Positions 18,459 through 29,009 are shown, counted from the stretch's first letter. The stretch is DNA of 64,000 nucleotides from Patescibacteria group bacterium (GCA_035530075.1 DATKVM010000002.1:103348-167347), one strand, 5' to 3'. The notes: generated by a model not told the origin, from the letters alone. Numbers and translations are program-made.

Positions 18459-20612
18459 ATGATTAAAGAAGACTTACCTTTTTCCCTCATTGAAATCCGA
18501 TTACCAAAAAACAGTGAGAAAACGCCCGAAGCCGCTCTTCAGCTGTTCGCTTCTTTCTCTTCTCTTCCCCGAAAACCGCTCTTCTCCCTTAAACCGCCAG
18601 TCAGTATCGGTTTTGAGATTGTTTCCATCGATCAGCTAATTCATTTCTTAATTGCTTGCCCGAAAGAGTGGCAAAATTATGTGGAAAGCCAAGTTTCCGC
18701 TCAATACCCGGAAAGCGTAATGACTCTCTTGCCCAAAGACTACTTGGCCGGTTATCTTCCTAATTTTACCCCCTCGGTCGGGCAACTAGTCCTTTCTTCC
18801 CCTTTTTATCTTCCCTTACGAACTTTTCGCGACTTAAAAGAAACTGATTTGCTTTCTTCCGTTTTAGGAGCAATGTCTAAATCTTCCCCCAACGATTTTA
18901 TAGTTTACCAAATATTAATCGCTCAAGCGGGTAATTGGCAGGGCTTTGCCCAAGGACTTATTAATAAAGGCATTCCCTCCGGCGAAGAAGGCAAAGTTCT
19001 TCCCCACCCCCAAGCTAAAAATATCACTTTAAAAATTGGCAGTAGCGGTTTCTGGACGGCAATTCGTCTAATTACTAACTCTGCTACTTCCCTTCGGACT
19101 TTGGCTAATACCTTTTCCAGTTATCAGGGTGAGGTTAATTCCTTAAGATTTAAAGAGCCCTACTCTTTTCAGCGGAAAAAATTAATCGATGCCTGCCTTA
19201 AGCGTTCTTTCGAGCTGGCACCAGCTAATCAAGTCCTTAATTTAGAAGAATTAGCTTCTTTATGGCATCCACCCGGGAAAATACTTTCCGGAATAAAGAA
19301 TATTGCTTGGACTCAAGAAGCAATGTCCGAACCCCCCCTTAATTTACCGGTAGCGGCCGATATCGATGAAGCGGATAAAAAAGAAATTAATTTTTTCGCC
19401 CGGGCCGAATTTAAAAACCGAATTGCCACTTTCGGGATAAAGAAAAAAGACCGGCGACGGCACATCTATATTATCGGCAAAAGCGGCACCGGCAAATCAA
19501 CTTTAATCGCTAATATGGCCATTAATGATTTGCGCAATAAAGAGGGCTTGGCGGTGATTGACCCTCATGGAGATTTAACGGAAATCCTTTTGGACTACAT
19601 CCCCTCTTTCCGCATTAACGAAACTTGCTTTCTTGATCCCAGTGATACGGAATATCCTTTCCACTTAAATCCGTTGGAAATTAAGAATCCCGCTCACAAA
19701 GAATTAGTCGCTTCGAATATAGTCGCGATCTTTTACAAGCTCTATTACTATTCTTGGGGGCCACGGCTGGAATACATTCTGCGCAACACGATTCTTACTT
19801 TACTGGAAACTCCCCAACCAACTTTAGTTCAAGTAATCGACCTTTTGGCCAATAAAAACTTCCGACGGCAGACAGTAGAAAAATTGGAAAATCCGGTTTT
19901 GAAAAATTTTTGGCTGAATGAATTTGAAAAGATGGACGAGAGGACCAAAGCGGAAGCTATTTCGCCCATTCTCAATAAAGTCGGCCAATTTACTTCTTCC
20001 CCGACGATTCGCCAGATTATTGGCTCCTATCATTCAACCGTTGATTTGGAAAAGATTATGAACGAAGGCAAGGTGCTTCTGGTCAACCTCTCTCAAGGAA
20101 AAATCGGTGAAGATAACGCCGCCTTACTGGGAGCAATGATTATTACTCAGCTTCAATTGGCGGCAATGAATCGTATCCGCATGCCTGAAGAAGAAAGGCG
20201 CGACTTTTATCTTTATGTCGATGAATTTCAGAATTTTGCCACCAGCGCATTTACTAAAATCCTTTCTGAGGCGCGCAAATATCGGCTCGATCTTTGCCTA
20301 GCCAACCAGTACATCGGCCAGCTAGGCGAAGAGTTACAAAAAGCAATTTTCGGCAACGCAGGAACGCTCGTTTCTTTTGTTATTGGCGCTCAGGACGCTA
20401 AACTCTTGACCGGAGAAATGGGCCAGGTTTATAAAGAAGAAGACCTGGTTTCCTTAGGGATGTACCAAGTCGCCTTGAAGCTTTGCATTGACAATTTAAC
20501 TTCGACTCCATTTTTAGCCAGCACTTTACCACTTCCCCGTTGCCGTAATCAAAACCGAGAGAAAGCGCTCCGAGTTTCTAAAGAGAAGCACACCGTTAAA
20601 AAGAAGGGTTAA
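18459..20612 (+). CDS. VirB4/TraG/HerA-like P-loop ATPase (type IV secretion coupling-protein-like)
   Basis: RRRHIYIIGKSGTGKST, VIDPHGDL, LYVDEFQNF, LSEARKYRL, ANQY. Confidence 0.85.
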   Translation: MIKEDLPFSLIEIRLPKNSEKTPEAALQLFASFSSLPRKPLFSLKPPVSIGFEIVSIDQLIHFLIACPKEWQNYVESQVSAQYPESVMTLLPKDYLAGYLPNFTPSVGQLVLSSPFYLPLRTFRDLKETDLLSSVLGAMSKSSPNDFIVYQILIAQAGNWQGFAQGLINKGIPSGEEGKVLPHPQAKNITLKIGSSGFWTAIRLITNSATSLRTLANTFSSYQGEVNSLRFKEPYSFQRKKLIDACLKRSFELAPANQVLNLEELASLWHPPGKILSGIKNIAWTQEAMSEPPLNLPVAADIDEADKKEINFFARAEFKNRIATFGIKKKDRRRHIYIIGKSGTGKSTLIANMAINDLRNKEGLAVIDPHGDLTEILLDYIPSFRINETCFLDPSDTEYPFHLNPLEIKNPAHKELVASNIVAIFYKLYYYSWGPRLEYILRNTILTLLETPQPTLVQVIDLLANKNFRRQTVEKLENPVLKNFWLNEFEKMDERTKAEAISPILNKVGQFTSSPTIRQIIGSYHSTVDLEKIMNEGKVLLVNLSQGKIGEDNAALLGAMIITQLQLAAMNRIRMPEEERRDFYLYVDEFQNFATSAFTKILSEARKYRLDLCLANQYIGQLGEELQKAIFGNAGTLVSFVIGAQDAKLLTGEMGQVYKEEDLVSLGMYQVALKLCIDNLTSTPFLASTLPLPRCRNQNREKALRVSKEKHTVKKKG

Positions 20613-20624
20613 GTTAATCCTCAC

Positions 20625-21182
20625 TTAAACCGCCGTTATTTCCTGCTCTTTTTTCTCCCCTAGTTCCTCGACTCTAGCGGTAAATTCATCAGTAAGTTTT
20701 TGTAAGTCTTCTCCCGCCTTAAAACGCTCATCTTCGGAAATTTCTTTCTCTTCAAAAGCCTCTTTGATATCTCTCATTTTATCTTGGCGGACATTACGAA
20801 TGGCAATTCTTGCCTCCTCCATTTTCTGGTGCAAGAGTTTGACATATTCTTGCCGTCTTTCCATCGTTAGTGCCGGCACAGAGACGCGGATGAGATTATT
20901 ATCAATCGTCGGCGTCAGACCAATATTGGCCGCCAATATCCCCTGACGAATCTCACCAATGACTGACTGGTCCCAAGACTGAATCACTAAAGTTTGCGAA
21001 TCTTGAGTTGTAATCGTTCCCAGTTCCTTAATTGTCATCCGCGCGCTCCCGCCGTAGGCGTTAACCGGGATATTTTCAACTAAAGCCGGGACGGCTCGCC
21101 CGGTTCGAATAGCGGCAATTTCTCCTTTGAAGTGGTCAACGGACCGCTGCATATTGGTCCGCGTTTCGGTGAAGTCCATCAT
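20625..21182 (-). CDS. frr: ribosome recycling factor
   Basis: IRTGRA, ERRQEYVK, RIAIRNVR. Confidence 0.96.
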   Translation of the reverse strand: MMDFTETRTNMQRSVDHFKGEIAAIRTGRAVPALVENIPVNAYGGSARMTIKELGTITTQDSQTLVIQSWDQSVIGEIRQGILAANIGLTPTIDNNLIRVSVPALTMERRQEYVKLLHQKMEEARIAIRNVRQDKMRDIKEAFEEKEISEDERFKAGEDLQKLTDEFTARVEELGEKKEQEITAV

Positions 21183-21194
21183 AACTTAATTATA

Positions 21195-21677
21195 TCACTC
21201 GCCCAGTTCAAAGCGAGCAATCCGGCCGATATGAATATTTTCTCGAATCTTAGCCACCAAACCGTTAATTAAATCAGCCGCCACGATATTCGGCTCGCGG
21301 ATGTAGGCCTGCTTCAGAAGCTCTTCCACCGATTGAGGTTTCATCGCCGCCACTTGCATCGCCAATTCGTGAGCCACCGCCCGGAATTCTTCGTTACGGG
21401 CAACAAAATCGGTCTCACACAAAAGCTCGACAACGCTCACTACCCGGCCATTGCTATGAGAATAACATTCAATTACTCCCTGCGTGGTGGCCCTTTCCTT
21501 TTTCTCTTCAGCTACCTTCAGACCTTTTTCCTTAATAATCTCCAGGGCTTTTGCCTCAGCTTCTTTCTGGCTCGCCGGAGCTTCAGCATAAGCAGCTTCC
21601 AGGGCTTGACGGCATTCCATTACCCCCGCTCCACATTTTTCCCTTAACTTTTTAACCTGTTCGGTGGTAATCTTCAT
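21195..21677 (-). CDS. tsf: elongation factor Ts (short form)
   Basis: VKKLREKCGAGVMECRQAL, ELLCETDFVARN. Confidence 0.95.
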   Translation of the reverse strand: MKITTEQVKKLREKCGAGVMECRQALEAAYAEAPASQKEAEAKALEIIKEKGLKVAEEKKERATTQGVIECYSHSNGRVVSVVELLCETDFVARNEEFRAVAHELAMQVAAMKPQSVEELLKQAYIREPNIVAADLINGLVAKIRENIHIGRIARFELGE

Positions 21678-22474
21678 TTGGCTTTGCCCTCCGTTGCTTT
21701 TTTACCCGTCGTAGCTTTAGTAGAGGCGGGAGCGGAGGAGGACCTTTCTTCCTTCCCTTCCTCAACTTTTAACTTTAAACTTTTAACTTTTAACTGCTTC
21801 TGTCCTTCCTCTATCGCTGATCTTATCGCCCCAACAATTAATTGTAAACACTTAGAGGCATCATCATTGGCGGGAATAATAAAGTCAACATCTTCCGGAT
21901 TGGCATTCGTATCGACAATGGCGACTGTCTTTACCCCTCGGATTCGGGCTTCTTTCAAAGCGCCGGCGTCCTTTCGGGCATCCGTCACAAAAATGGCCGC
22001 CGGGATTTCCCTCATTTCGGCCACGCCGCCAAAAATTCGCTCCATCTTGTTAATCTCCCGCTTAATTAAAAGATTCTCTTTTTTAGTCCGATCCTTAAAG
22101 CGCCCCTCGGCGACACCCACCTTTAGGTCAGCCAAATACTCCAGCCTCTTTTTAATCATCCCCCAATTGGTCAAAAGCCCCCCAACCCAACGCTCGATAA
22201 TATGAGGCGCTCCCACTTTCTTCGCCTCCTCTTCCACAATCTCCTGCGCCTGGCGCTTGGTCCCGACAAAAAGAATTTGGCCGCCCTGGCTGGCGGTAGC
22301 TTTAACGAAGGCAACGGCAGCCTCCAGACCTTCCTTAGTCTTGACCAAATCAAAAATATGAATCCGCCCCCGAGCCGTAAAAATATACGGCTTCATCTTC
22401 GGGTTCCAACGAGTCGTTTGGTGACCAAAATGGCACCCAGCCTCCAGTAATTCCTTTAAGGATATATCTTTCAT
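21674..22474 (-). CDS. rpsB: 30S ribosomal protein S2
   Basis: LLEAGCHFGHQTTRWNPKM, FVGTKRQA, IPANDD. Confidence 0.97.
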   Translation of the reverse strand: MKDISLKELLEAGCHFGHQTTRWNPKMKPYIFTARGRIHIFDLVKTKEGLEAAVAFVKATASQGGQILFVGTKRQAQEIVEEEAKKVGAPHIIERWVGGLLTNWGMIKKRLEYLADLKVGVAEGRFKDRTKKENLLIKREINKMERIFGGVAEMREIPAAIFVTDARKDAGALKEARIRGVKTVAIVDTNANPEDVDFIIPANDDASKCLQLIVGAIRSAIEEGQKQLKVKSLKLKVEEGKEERSSSAPASTKATTGKKATEGKAK

Positions 22475-22482
22475 AAAGATAA

Positions 22483-22537
22483 GACTCCTTTTTCCGCCAC
22501 TTGGCTGAAGTTCTCAGGAGTCAGGCCAAGTGTGTGT
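22483..22537 (-). promoter_or_regulatory. probable S2 autoregulatory leader RNA
   Basis: ACACAC start, stem CACTTGGC/GCCAAGTG, potential pseudoknot GACTCC/GGAGTC just upstream of rpsB. Confidence 0.55.
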
Positions 22538-22568
22538 AATTTTTTAACTGTCTTAGTGTATCAGAATC

Positions 22569-23150
22569 CTAAGTTTTCTTCAAATCCTGACTAGCCTCAC
22601 CACTCCAAAACAGAATATCTTCATCAGTGTGATATTGACCCTCAAATCTCCGAAAAGGCCCAGTTCCTCTTGGGAAACGACCGACACACTGATCAGTGGT
22701 TAACAAAATAAACCCATCAGGCTTAATAATTTCAAACATTTCGTCCAGCTCTATTAAACTATTTACTACATAATATGGAAGTCCCACCGAAACGATGGCA
22801 TCAAACTTTTCTTTTCCTTCTTTAGCCATTGATCTTATTACCTCCACAGCTTCCCCTCTGATAACCTCCCCATAAAGATTCAAAAAATTTTCCCCCCCAT
22901 AGTCAGTCCTCACGTCAACTCCAGTAAGGATTATTGAGGGATTAACTCTCTTCAAAACCGCACCAACCGCACCCCTTCCACAACCAAGATCCAAAATTTC
23001 TCCTTTTATTCTCTCCCTATCAATTAAAAATCCTTCTGGTTTCAGAATATCTAATCCGAAGACAATTCGTCTTAAAGCTTCTTCCCTCTCTCCAGCAGGG
23101 ACATTATCATAAGCCGGAAATTTATATTCAGCAACGTCAAAATTGGCCAT
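22569..23150 (-). CDS. class I SAM-dependent methyltransferase
   Basis: ILDLGCGRG, LTGVD, FDAIVS, IKPDGFI. Confidence 0.85.
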   Translation of the reverse strand: MANFDVAEYKFPAYDNVPAGEREEALRRIVFGLDILKPEGFLIDRERIKGEILDLGCGRGAVGAVLKRVNPSIILTGVDVRTDYGGENFLNLYGEVIRGEAVEVIRSMAKEGKEKFDAIVSVGLPYYVVNSLIELDEMFEIIKPDGFILLTTDQCVGRFPRGTGPFRRFEGQYHTDEDILFWSGEASQDLKKT

Positions 23151-23266
23151 CTTAGTATTCCCAGCTTAATATAATCTTCAAAAAACTTCAAATCACTTTG
23201 GAGCCATCCCCTTTTATTCTCTCTCTTGTTATCCTAATGTATTTTTGATTACAATATTCTTAGTAT

Positions 23267-23704
23267 ATGAGCCCAGAAAAATTAAAAGCCTTGGTGGTAG
23301 CTGATAATGAAAGCCATCGGGATTTGATAACTGCCATCTTAAAAGAGGAGTGTGGCATCCAAACCGTTCCTCTTCCTTCAATTCCAGGAGCAGGCAGACC
23401 GGATTTAGCCGTTTTAGGGCCATTTCGTATAACCAACCCTGAGGGAGTGAGGGAACTGGAAACCACAGTTAATAAAATCCGCCAAGCGTGGGAGGGGATA
23501 ACCATCCCCATCCTCCTCCTCTACCAAGATAGCCAGAACTTGGAAGCAGCTGCTCAAGCCGTGGGGGCGACCGAGTCCTTGCAGTGGAATGGCAACCCCG
23601 ACTCCTTGCAGGAGAAAGTTTTTACGCTTCTTGAATCAACTCAAACAAATTCTCAAATAGACAAGCCACCGTTACCGGTCCTACCCCACCCGGAACCGGA
23701 GTAA
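23267..23704 (+). CDS. receiver (REC)-like protein, probably pseudo-receiver
   Basis: KALVVADNESHRDLITAIL, PDLAVLG, IPILLL, AQAVGA. Confidence 0.55.
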   Translation: MSPEKLKALVVADNESHRDLITAILKEECGIQTVPLPSIPGAGRPDLAVLGPFRITNPEGVRELETTVNKIRQAWEGITIPILLLYQDSQNLEAAAQAVGATESLQWNGNPDSLQEKVFTLLESTQTNSQIDKPPLPVLPHPEPE

Positions 23705-24488
23705 AGAAAGAAGCTTTCTCTAAAGCCTCTTTCCCCACATCACCCAAAACTCGGAATTTACCGCCTCGCAAAAGCTTAGAGATACCCACATCAATGACCA
23801 CCGCTCCCGGCCTGACCATCTCTTTCGTTACCAGCTCACTTACTCCGGTGGCGGAAATCAAAATGTTGGCCCGGCGCGTTATTTCTCCCAAATTGCCGGT
23901 GTGCGAGCGGCAAATAGTGACCGTGGCTCCCAAATCGGAAAGCACCACCGCCAAAGGTTTCCCGACAATAACCGACGCTCCGACAATAACAATATTCTCC
24001 CCCGCTAGCCATTTTTCCCCCTCAATTTCCCGGCTTCCCTCAAATTGCCCCAATCCCTCCCGGATAACCTCCAAAACTGCTTTCACCGTGGCCGGTAAAA
24101 GTCGGGGGTGACCGCTTAAAACGAGACCCAAATTAGTCGGGGTAAGGCAATCAACGTCCTTTTCCGGACTAATCGCCGCTAAAAGCGCTTCCTCGTTGAC
24201 TACCGGCAGTTGAACCATCACGCCGTGAACCGAAGGATCATTATTGGCCTCTCGAATATCGTTGATTATTTCCAGGGTCTGAGCCCCGTCGAAATGATGA
24301 ATCTCGTAGGTTACCCCAATCTTTTGGGCAAACTTAGCTTTGAGGGAAACATAAAGTTCAGTTTCTTTACTGTTGTCCGCCAAAATGGAGACTAACTTAG
24401 GAGTAATTCCTCGCTTCCTTAATTGCTCAACCCGCTCTTTTAAGTCCGCTTCCTTTCGACTGGCAAAGGCTTTTCCATCAAAAATCAT
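23622..24488 (-). CDS. folD: methylene-THF dehydrogenase/cyclohydrolase
   Basis: HGVMVQLP, KDVDC, IVGKPLA, TPVPGGVGPVT. Confidence 0.96.
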   Translation of the reverse strand: MIFDGKAFASRKEADLKERVEQLRKRGITPKLVSILADNSKETELYVSLKAKFAQKIGVTYEIHHFDGAQTLEIINDIREANNDPSVHGVMVQLPVVNEEALLAAISPEKDVDCLTPTNLGLVLSGHPRLLPATVKAVLEVIREGLGQFEGSREIEGEKWLAGENIVIVGASVIVGKPLAVVLSDLGATVTICRSHTGNLGEITRRANILISATGVSELVTKEMVRPGAVVIDVGISKLLRGGKFRVLGDVGKEALEKASFFTPVPGGVGPVTVACLFENLFELIQEA

Positions 24489-24547
24489 TATCCTTATAAT
24501 ACTACAAAATTCACTTTCGGGGAGAAAAGAAGTAAAATCAAGTAATT

Positions 24548-24772
24548 ATGGCAAGAATAGAAATAAACTTTTCTGGCTTAAAGCCTAACGAAAAGATCCT
24601 TAATTGTCTCGAGTGTGAACAGCCCATCGAAGTTGTTCGGGTGGTCGGAGACCCCAATGACCCTAAAGACCACGTATTAGCCCTAGTAAGATCTCTGCGT
24701 GTAGAGGCAGGCCAATCTCCCGCTTGTCCTGCGAGAACGAATGGGCAACGTCATAGGACTGCTCGCCTTTAA
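24548..24772 (+). CDS. small hypothetical protein, possible zinc ribbon
   Basis: 74 aa, CLEC and C..H; TAAAAT 9 bp before ATG; fills the gap between folD and glyA. Confidence 0.5.
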   Translation: MARIEINFSGLKPNEKILNCLECEQPIEVVRVVGDPNDPKDHVLALVRSLRVEAGQSPACPARTNGQRHRTARL

Positions 24773-26082
24773 GGAATCGGAAACTGCTGACAAAACGATT
24801 TGACTTCCCGCCCTATTTCTTGCAGCTTTTCTTCTTGAAGAACCACCTTTTTAAATCTCGCTCGGGCTTTCTGGTCTTCTTCTTTATTGGTCTCACCAAT
24901 CCCTGTCAAATCCATTTTTCGCAAATACTCAATTACCTGGTTAAACCACTTGCCAACTTTAATCATTTCTGCCTCTTTCATTCCTCTAGTAGTAACCGCT
25001 GGCGTCCCCAAGCGTAAGCCCGAAGGGTAATAAGGTGGCCGAAGATCTCCTGGAATAGTTTGTCGATTACATATAATTCCGGCTGCCTCGCTGCCCCAAG
25101 CCGCTGTCCAACCGTCAAGCCCCTTATTTCTCAAATCTATCCAAATCATATGGTTTTCACTCCCACCCCCTACCAGGTTAAAGCCATATTTGATTAGTTC
25201 CTGGGCTAAGACTCGTGAATTTTTAACTACTTGCTCCGCATATTGTCGAAAGGGCTTGCCCTGGGAGAAACGAAGAGCCACTGCTAATGCCCCAATTTGA
25301 TTCATATGCGGTCCACCTTGTGAGCCAGGAAAAACTGCTTTATCAATTTTTTCTGCCAATTGAGGATCTTTAGACAGACCTTTCTGGGTAACCATAATCA
25401 TCGCCCCCCTTGGCCCGCGCAAAGTTTTGTGAGTCGTCGTCATAATCAGATGGGCATCATCTTTAGGTGAAGGATGAGCTCCTCCAGCTACTAAACCGCC
25501 AATATGGGAGATATCGGCCACGAAAAAGGCTCCTACTTTTTCAGCAATTTCGGCGAAACGGTGGAAGTCAAAGATTTTAGTGTAAGCGGTGCCACCGCAA
25601 AAAATAACTTTCGGCCGCAGCTTCCAAGCCTGCTCTTCCAGTTCATCCCAATCTATCTCTCCTTCTTTAGTCAAACCATAATAATGAGCCTGGTAATATT
25701 TTGAGGTAACGGAAGCCTCCTGCCCCATCGATAAATGTCCACCCATAGAAAGGCGCTGGGATAAAATTATGTCTCCTACCTGACAAGTGGCTGCCAGGAT
25801 GGCCAAATTGGCCGGTGAGCCGGAATAGGGCTGAACATTGACATGCGGAACATTGAACAATTTCCTTGCTCTATCAATAGCCAAGTTTTCAATTTGATCA
25901 ACAATTGTATTCCCCTGGTAATAGCGCTTACCTGGATAGCCTTCGGCATATTTATGCATTAAAACCGACCCCACTGCCTGCCTAACTTCCGGATAGGTAT
26001 AGTTTTCCGACGGGATAAGCGTTAGAGTTTGCTCTTGGCGCTTTTCCTCTTGGGCAATGAGGTTAAAAATTGGGTCAGTCAT
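24769..26082 (-). CDS. glyA: serine hydroxymethyltransferase
   Basis: LIPSENY, KYAEGYPGKRYY, TTTHKTLRGPRG, QGGPHM. Confidence 0.97.
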   Translation of the reverse strand: MTDPIFNLIAQEEKRQEQTLTLIPSENYTYPEVRQAVGSVLMHKYAEGYPGKRYYQGNTIVDQIENLAIDRARKLFNVPHVNVQPYSGSPANLAILAATCQVGDIILSQRLSMGGHLSMGQEASVTSKYYQAHYYGLTKEGEIDWDELEEQAWKLRPKVIFCGGTAYTKIFDFHRFAEIAEKVGAFFVADISHIGGLVAGGAHPSPKDDAHLIMTTTHKTLRGPRGAMIMVTQKGLSKDPQLAEKIDKAVFPGSQGGPHMNQIGALAVALRFSQGKPFRQYAEQVVKNSRVLAQELIKYGFNLVGGGSENHMIWIDLRNKGLDGWTAAWGSEAAGIICNRQTIPGDLRPPYYPSGLRLGTPAVTTRGMKEAEMIKVGKWFNQVIEYLRKMDLTGIGETNKEEDQKARARFKKVVLQEEKLQEIGREVKSFCQQFPIP

Positions 26083-26091
26083 GCTTTCATT

Positions 26092-26808
26092 CTACCATTT
26101 CTGGTTAGAAACAGGTTTCTCTATAGAGGCAATAGCTTTTTTCTCAATAATTTTCGCAATTTTTTCTAGCGGTAATGAGCCGTCAATTTTTTCGAAACCT
26201 CTACCGATCATTTTTGAAATAAAAAGATATCCTTTCCTAACTCTGTGAAAATATTCTAAATCTTGATAATCGTGGACACAATCGCGTTTCTTCCGTTTAG
26301 ACTTTCTTTCTCGCCCGACTTCAGGGGCAACATCAAGATAAAAAACCACGTCGGGGCAAACTCCCGCCACGGCAATTTGGTTTATTCTCCAAATGTCTTT
26401 CCACCCGAGACCACGAGCAAATCCTTGATAGGCTAAACTAGAAAAGAATGAACGTTCAGAAACAACAATTGCTCCTCTTTCTAAAGCCGGACGGAGTACG
26501 ACGGCAATGGCCTGACAACGGGAAGCGGCCAAAAGAAAAGCTTCAGAGTAAGGAACCAACCCCTCTCCTGACCGTGAGTGACTAATAATCACATCTCTCA
26601 CCTGTTCGCTTTTTTCGGTTCCGCCTGGTTCGTGCGTGTAAACTATTTCTCTGTCCGGATACCTCTCTTTAAGGAATTCATGAAGTAACTTTGCCTGTAT
26701 GCTTTTACCACATCCACCGATTCCTTCAAATACGAAGTATTTACCAGGTAATCTGTGCCCTAATAATTTATACATTTTTTTAGGCATTTCATCTCTTGAA
26801 AAAATCAA
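26092..26808 (-). CDS. tmk: thymidylate kinase (start may be 26787)
   Basis: FEGIGGCGKS, THEPGGT, ERSFFSSLAYQG. Confidence 0.92.
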   Translation of the reverse strand: MIFSRDEMPKKMYKLLGHRLPGKYFVFEGIGGCGKSIQAKLLHEFLKERYPDREIVYTHEPGGTEKSEQVRDVIISHSRSGEGLVPYSEAFLLAASRCQAIAVVLRPALERGAIVVSERSFFSSLAYQGFARGLGWKDIWRINQIAVAGVCPDVVFYLDVAPEVGRERKSKRKKRDCVHDYQDLEYFHRVRKGYLFISKMIGRGFEKIDGSLPLEKIAKIIEKKAIASIEKPVSNQKW

Positions 26809-28300
26809 CTTTACCCGGGCTGGTGACCGCTATGTATTTGCCCCAGTCAGGATACCTTTTATTAAAAAGCTGCCACATCAGGTAAGTAATCTCGCGGTAA
26901 GAAAAATGGCCTTGAGGTTTAGTCCGAAGCTCGGCAATATATTGGAGTTCCCAAGGAGACATTTTCATTAAAAATCTTCTTCTCGTCGCTTGAGGGAGGA
27001 TATACTCGCCCACGCCCGGATATTTTTTTTCAATCTTTCGGTAGGTTTTCCAAACTTCTTCCATCGCTTTCTCATACACCCTTGCCATCCCCACCTCTTT
27101 TACTTCCTTTGGCATATCGTACCCATACTCCCCTGTCACCGGCTTTAAAATGTGAATACAGTTGCGGTGGCGATGCAAATCGCGAAAGCCGCCGACATCC
27201 ATGCAAATATCAAAAATGAGGGTGGCCGTGTCTGCTTCTCGTAAAACCTGATCATGCTCACCCCGAAGCTCAAACGCCAAACCAATCGCTTTCTTAATTA
27301 ATTTTTTATTGGCTTTTTTAATTGCCCGCAGTAACTGGCCGTAAGAATACGGCGTGGCTTTGTAAAACATCGTGGTCACCAAATCAATCTGTGGGTCAAC
27401 TCCCTCAAACATTTCTACGCCACGCTTGCCATCCGGCTCCCTGAGTCCCCTTAATTTTCCCACCAACGCCGCCATTTCCCCATACACATTCCTGGGATAA
27501 TCTTTCTTCTCCGCATATTTAACCAAAGTCGGCAAGGCAATATTTTTCCCGGCAATCGCCACTTTCAGCTCCGCTTTTTCCTCGGCCGAAAGCCAGTTCA
27601 TCCGCTCAATCTTCGCCAGAGACACATTAAACGCCTCTTTTTGGCAGATGGCTTTTTGCAATTCTTTCCCGATTTCCCGGCATTCCAGCAAAGGCGAGGA
27701 TAAAAACTTGGTGATTGTCCGCTCCCAAGTCCGGCCGGAAGCAAGGACACCCATTGATTTTGGTCCGGCGCAAGGAAGAAGATAGCGGCTGACATCATTG
27801 GCTCTGGCTCTTACCGTCCGAAGGTAAGCTTCATCATCCATCTCTTTAGGTTTTTCCGAAGCATACTTTTGGGAATAAAGTTCGGCCACCGCTTGAGTCA
27901 GTTGTGAATAAAGCCCAACCATTTCCCTCACGGTTTTCTGAAAAAGCGCTCGGGTTCTTTTATCTTTTTTTATTTCCGGCGGAAGAATAAAAACCGCCTT
28001 AGAATAATCAACATAACGGGTCGAGCGCGATTGGGCGTCAATCAACTGGTCATCAAGAAGAATATGTCGGGCGACCATGGAAATATTCTCAAAAATGACC
28101 ATTACATGAGCCAAATCGGCAATACTTGAGTGACCGTAATTGAAGTACATGGAGTTATAAAACTTCCCCGCCCCCTCTTCGGTCAACTCTAAAACCCAAT
28201 CTTGGTAGGACTTGTAAGTGGGCGTCCGGGAAAACTTGGCGGCGGCATAGCCCCCCGGTTCCGGCATGACCCCAAGAACCGAAAAAATCTTTCTTCTCAT
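26789..28300 (-). CDS. thyX: FAD-dependent thymidylate synthase, long tandem-domain type
   Basis: YGHSSIADLAH, SRSTRYVDY, FRDLHRHR, ELRTKPQGHFSYR. Confidence 0.85.
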   Translation of the reverse strand: MRRKIFSVLGVMPEPGGYAAAKFSRTPTYKSYQDWVLELTEEGAGKFYNSMYFNYGHSSIADLAHVMVIFENISMVARHILLDDQLIDAQSRSTRYVDYSKAVFILPPEIKKDKRTRALFQKTVREMVGLYSQLTQAVAELYSQKYASEKPKEMDDEAYLRTVRARANDVSRYLLPCAGPKSMGVLASGRTWERTITKFLSSPLLECREIGKELQKAICQKEAFNVSLAKIERMNWLSAEEKAELKVAIAGKNIALPTLVKYAEKKDYPRNVYGEMAALVGKLRGLREPDGKRGVEMFEGVDPQIDLVTTMFYKATPYSYGQLLRAIKKANKKLIKKAIGLAFELRGEHDQVLREADTATLIFDICMDVGGFRDLHRHRNCIHILKPVTGEYGYDMPKEVKEVGMARVYEKAMEEVWKTYRKIEKKYPGVGEYILPQATRRRFLMKMSPWELQYIAELRTKPQGHFSYREITYLMWQLFNKRYPDWGKYIAVTSPGKVDFFKR

Positions 28301-28303
28301 CGC

Positions 28304-28945
28304 CTACGATAAATTAATTTTGAACCGGCGCTTTAATTCTTTTACCTTTCCTTCGCGAATCAATTTCGTCTCCTGCTGACTTTTTTCCCTAAATATCCCC
28401 ACCCGAGAACCATTTTCCGCGAAACGGCTTTTGTGGGGTTTGACATAATTATTCAGCTGATGGAAGACCAGTTGGCAAAAGCGCTCTCCTGGATAGATCC
28501 TGATGACTTGTGAAGGCGTATTATTTCTGATGGGGATAATCAGATTGCCTTTGTAACCAGCATCGACGATCCCGCTCAAATCAACCGAGAGTCCCCGCCG
28601 GTTAACCGAAGAGCGCGGATAGAGAATGCCCATTAGGTCAGCTGGCAGTGAAATTTTTTCCAAAGTATTAACCACGACAAACTCTCTAGGTAAAAGCTCA
28701 AAATGCTGGCCCACCTCTAGAGTCATTGTTTCAAAATGTTGCCTATCAACTCCAGAAAGATAATCGATATTCAAGACCGTCCGCCCTTTTTCCGTCATTT
28801 CCCAAGATTTGGGGATCATAAAGTCAAAGCCCAGGCGCAAATCAACTGAATGAGTTTGAATTTGAAATTCATCAAGAGAAGGATAAAAAGAAAGCTCATC
28901 CCGGCTAATCCTTTGTAAAATATCTTTCTTCGTCAAAACTGACAT
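28304..28945 (-). CDS. dcd: dCTP deaminase
   Basis: SVDLRLG, RSSVNRRGL, VDAGYKG, YPGERFCQLVF. Confidence 0.92.
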   Translation of the reverse strand: MSVLTKKDILQRISRDELSFYPSLDEFQIQTHSVDLRLGFDFMIPKSWEMTEKGRTVLNIDYLSGVDRQHFETMTLEVGQHFELLPREFVVVNTLEKISLPADLMGILYPRSSVNRRGLSVDLSGIVDAGYKGNLIIPIRNNTPSQVIRIYPGERFCQLVFHQLNNYVKPHKSRFAENGSRVGIFREKSQQETKLIREGKVKELKRRFKINLS

Positions 28946-29009
28946 ATTATTTTACCGAAGCAACCACCCCCCTGAAGGGCATGCTTTTCCCTGGCCATAG
29001 TTAGTTACT

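Noticed and set aside
18459-20612. Conjugative element
   Set aside because: Lone ATPase without relaxase or mating-pair genes, beside core translation genes.
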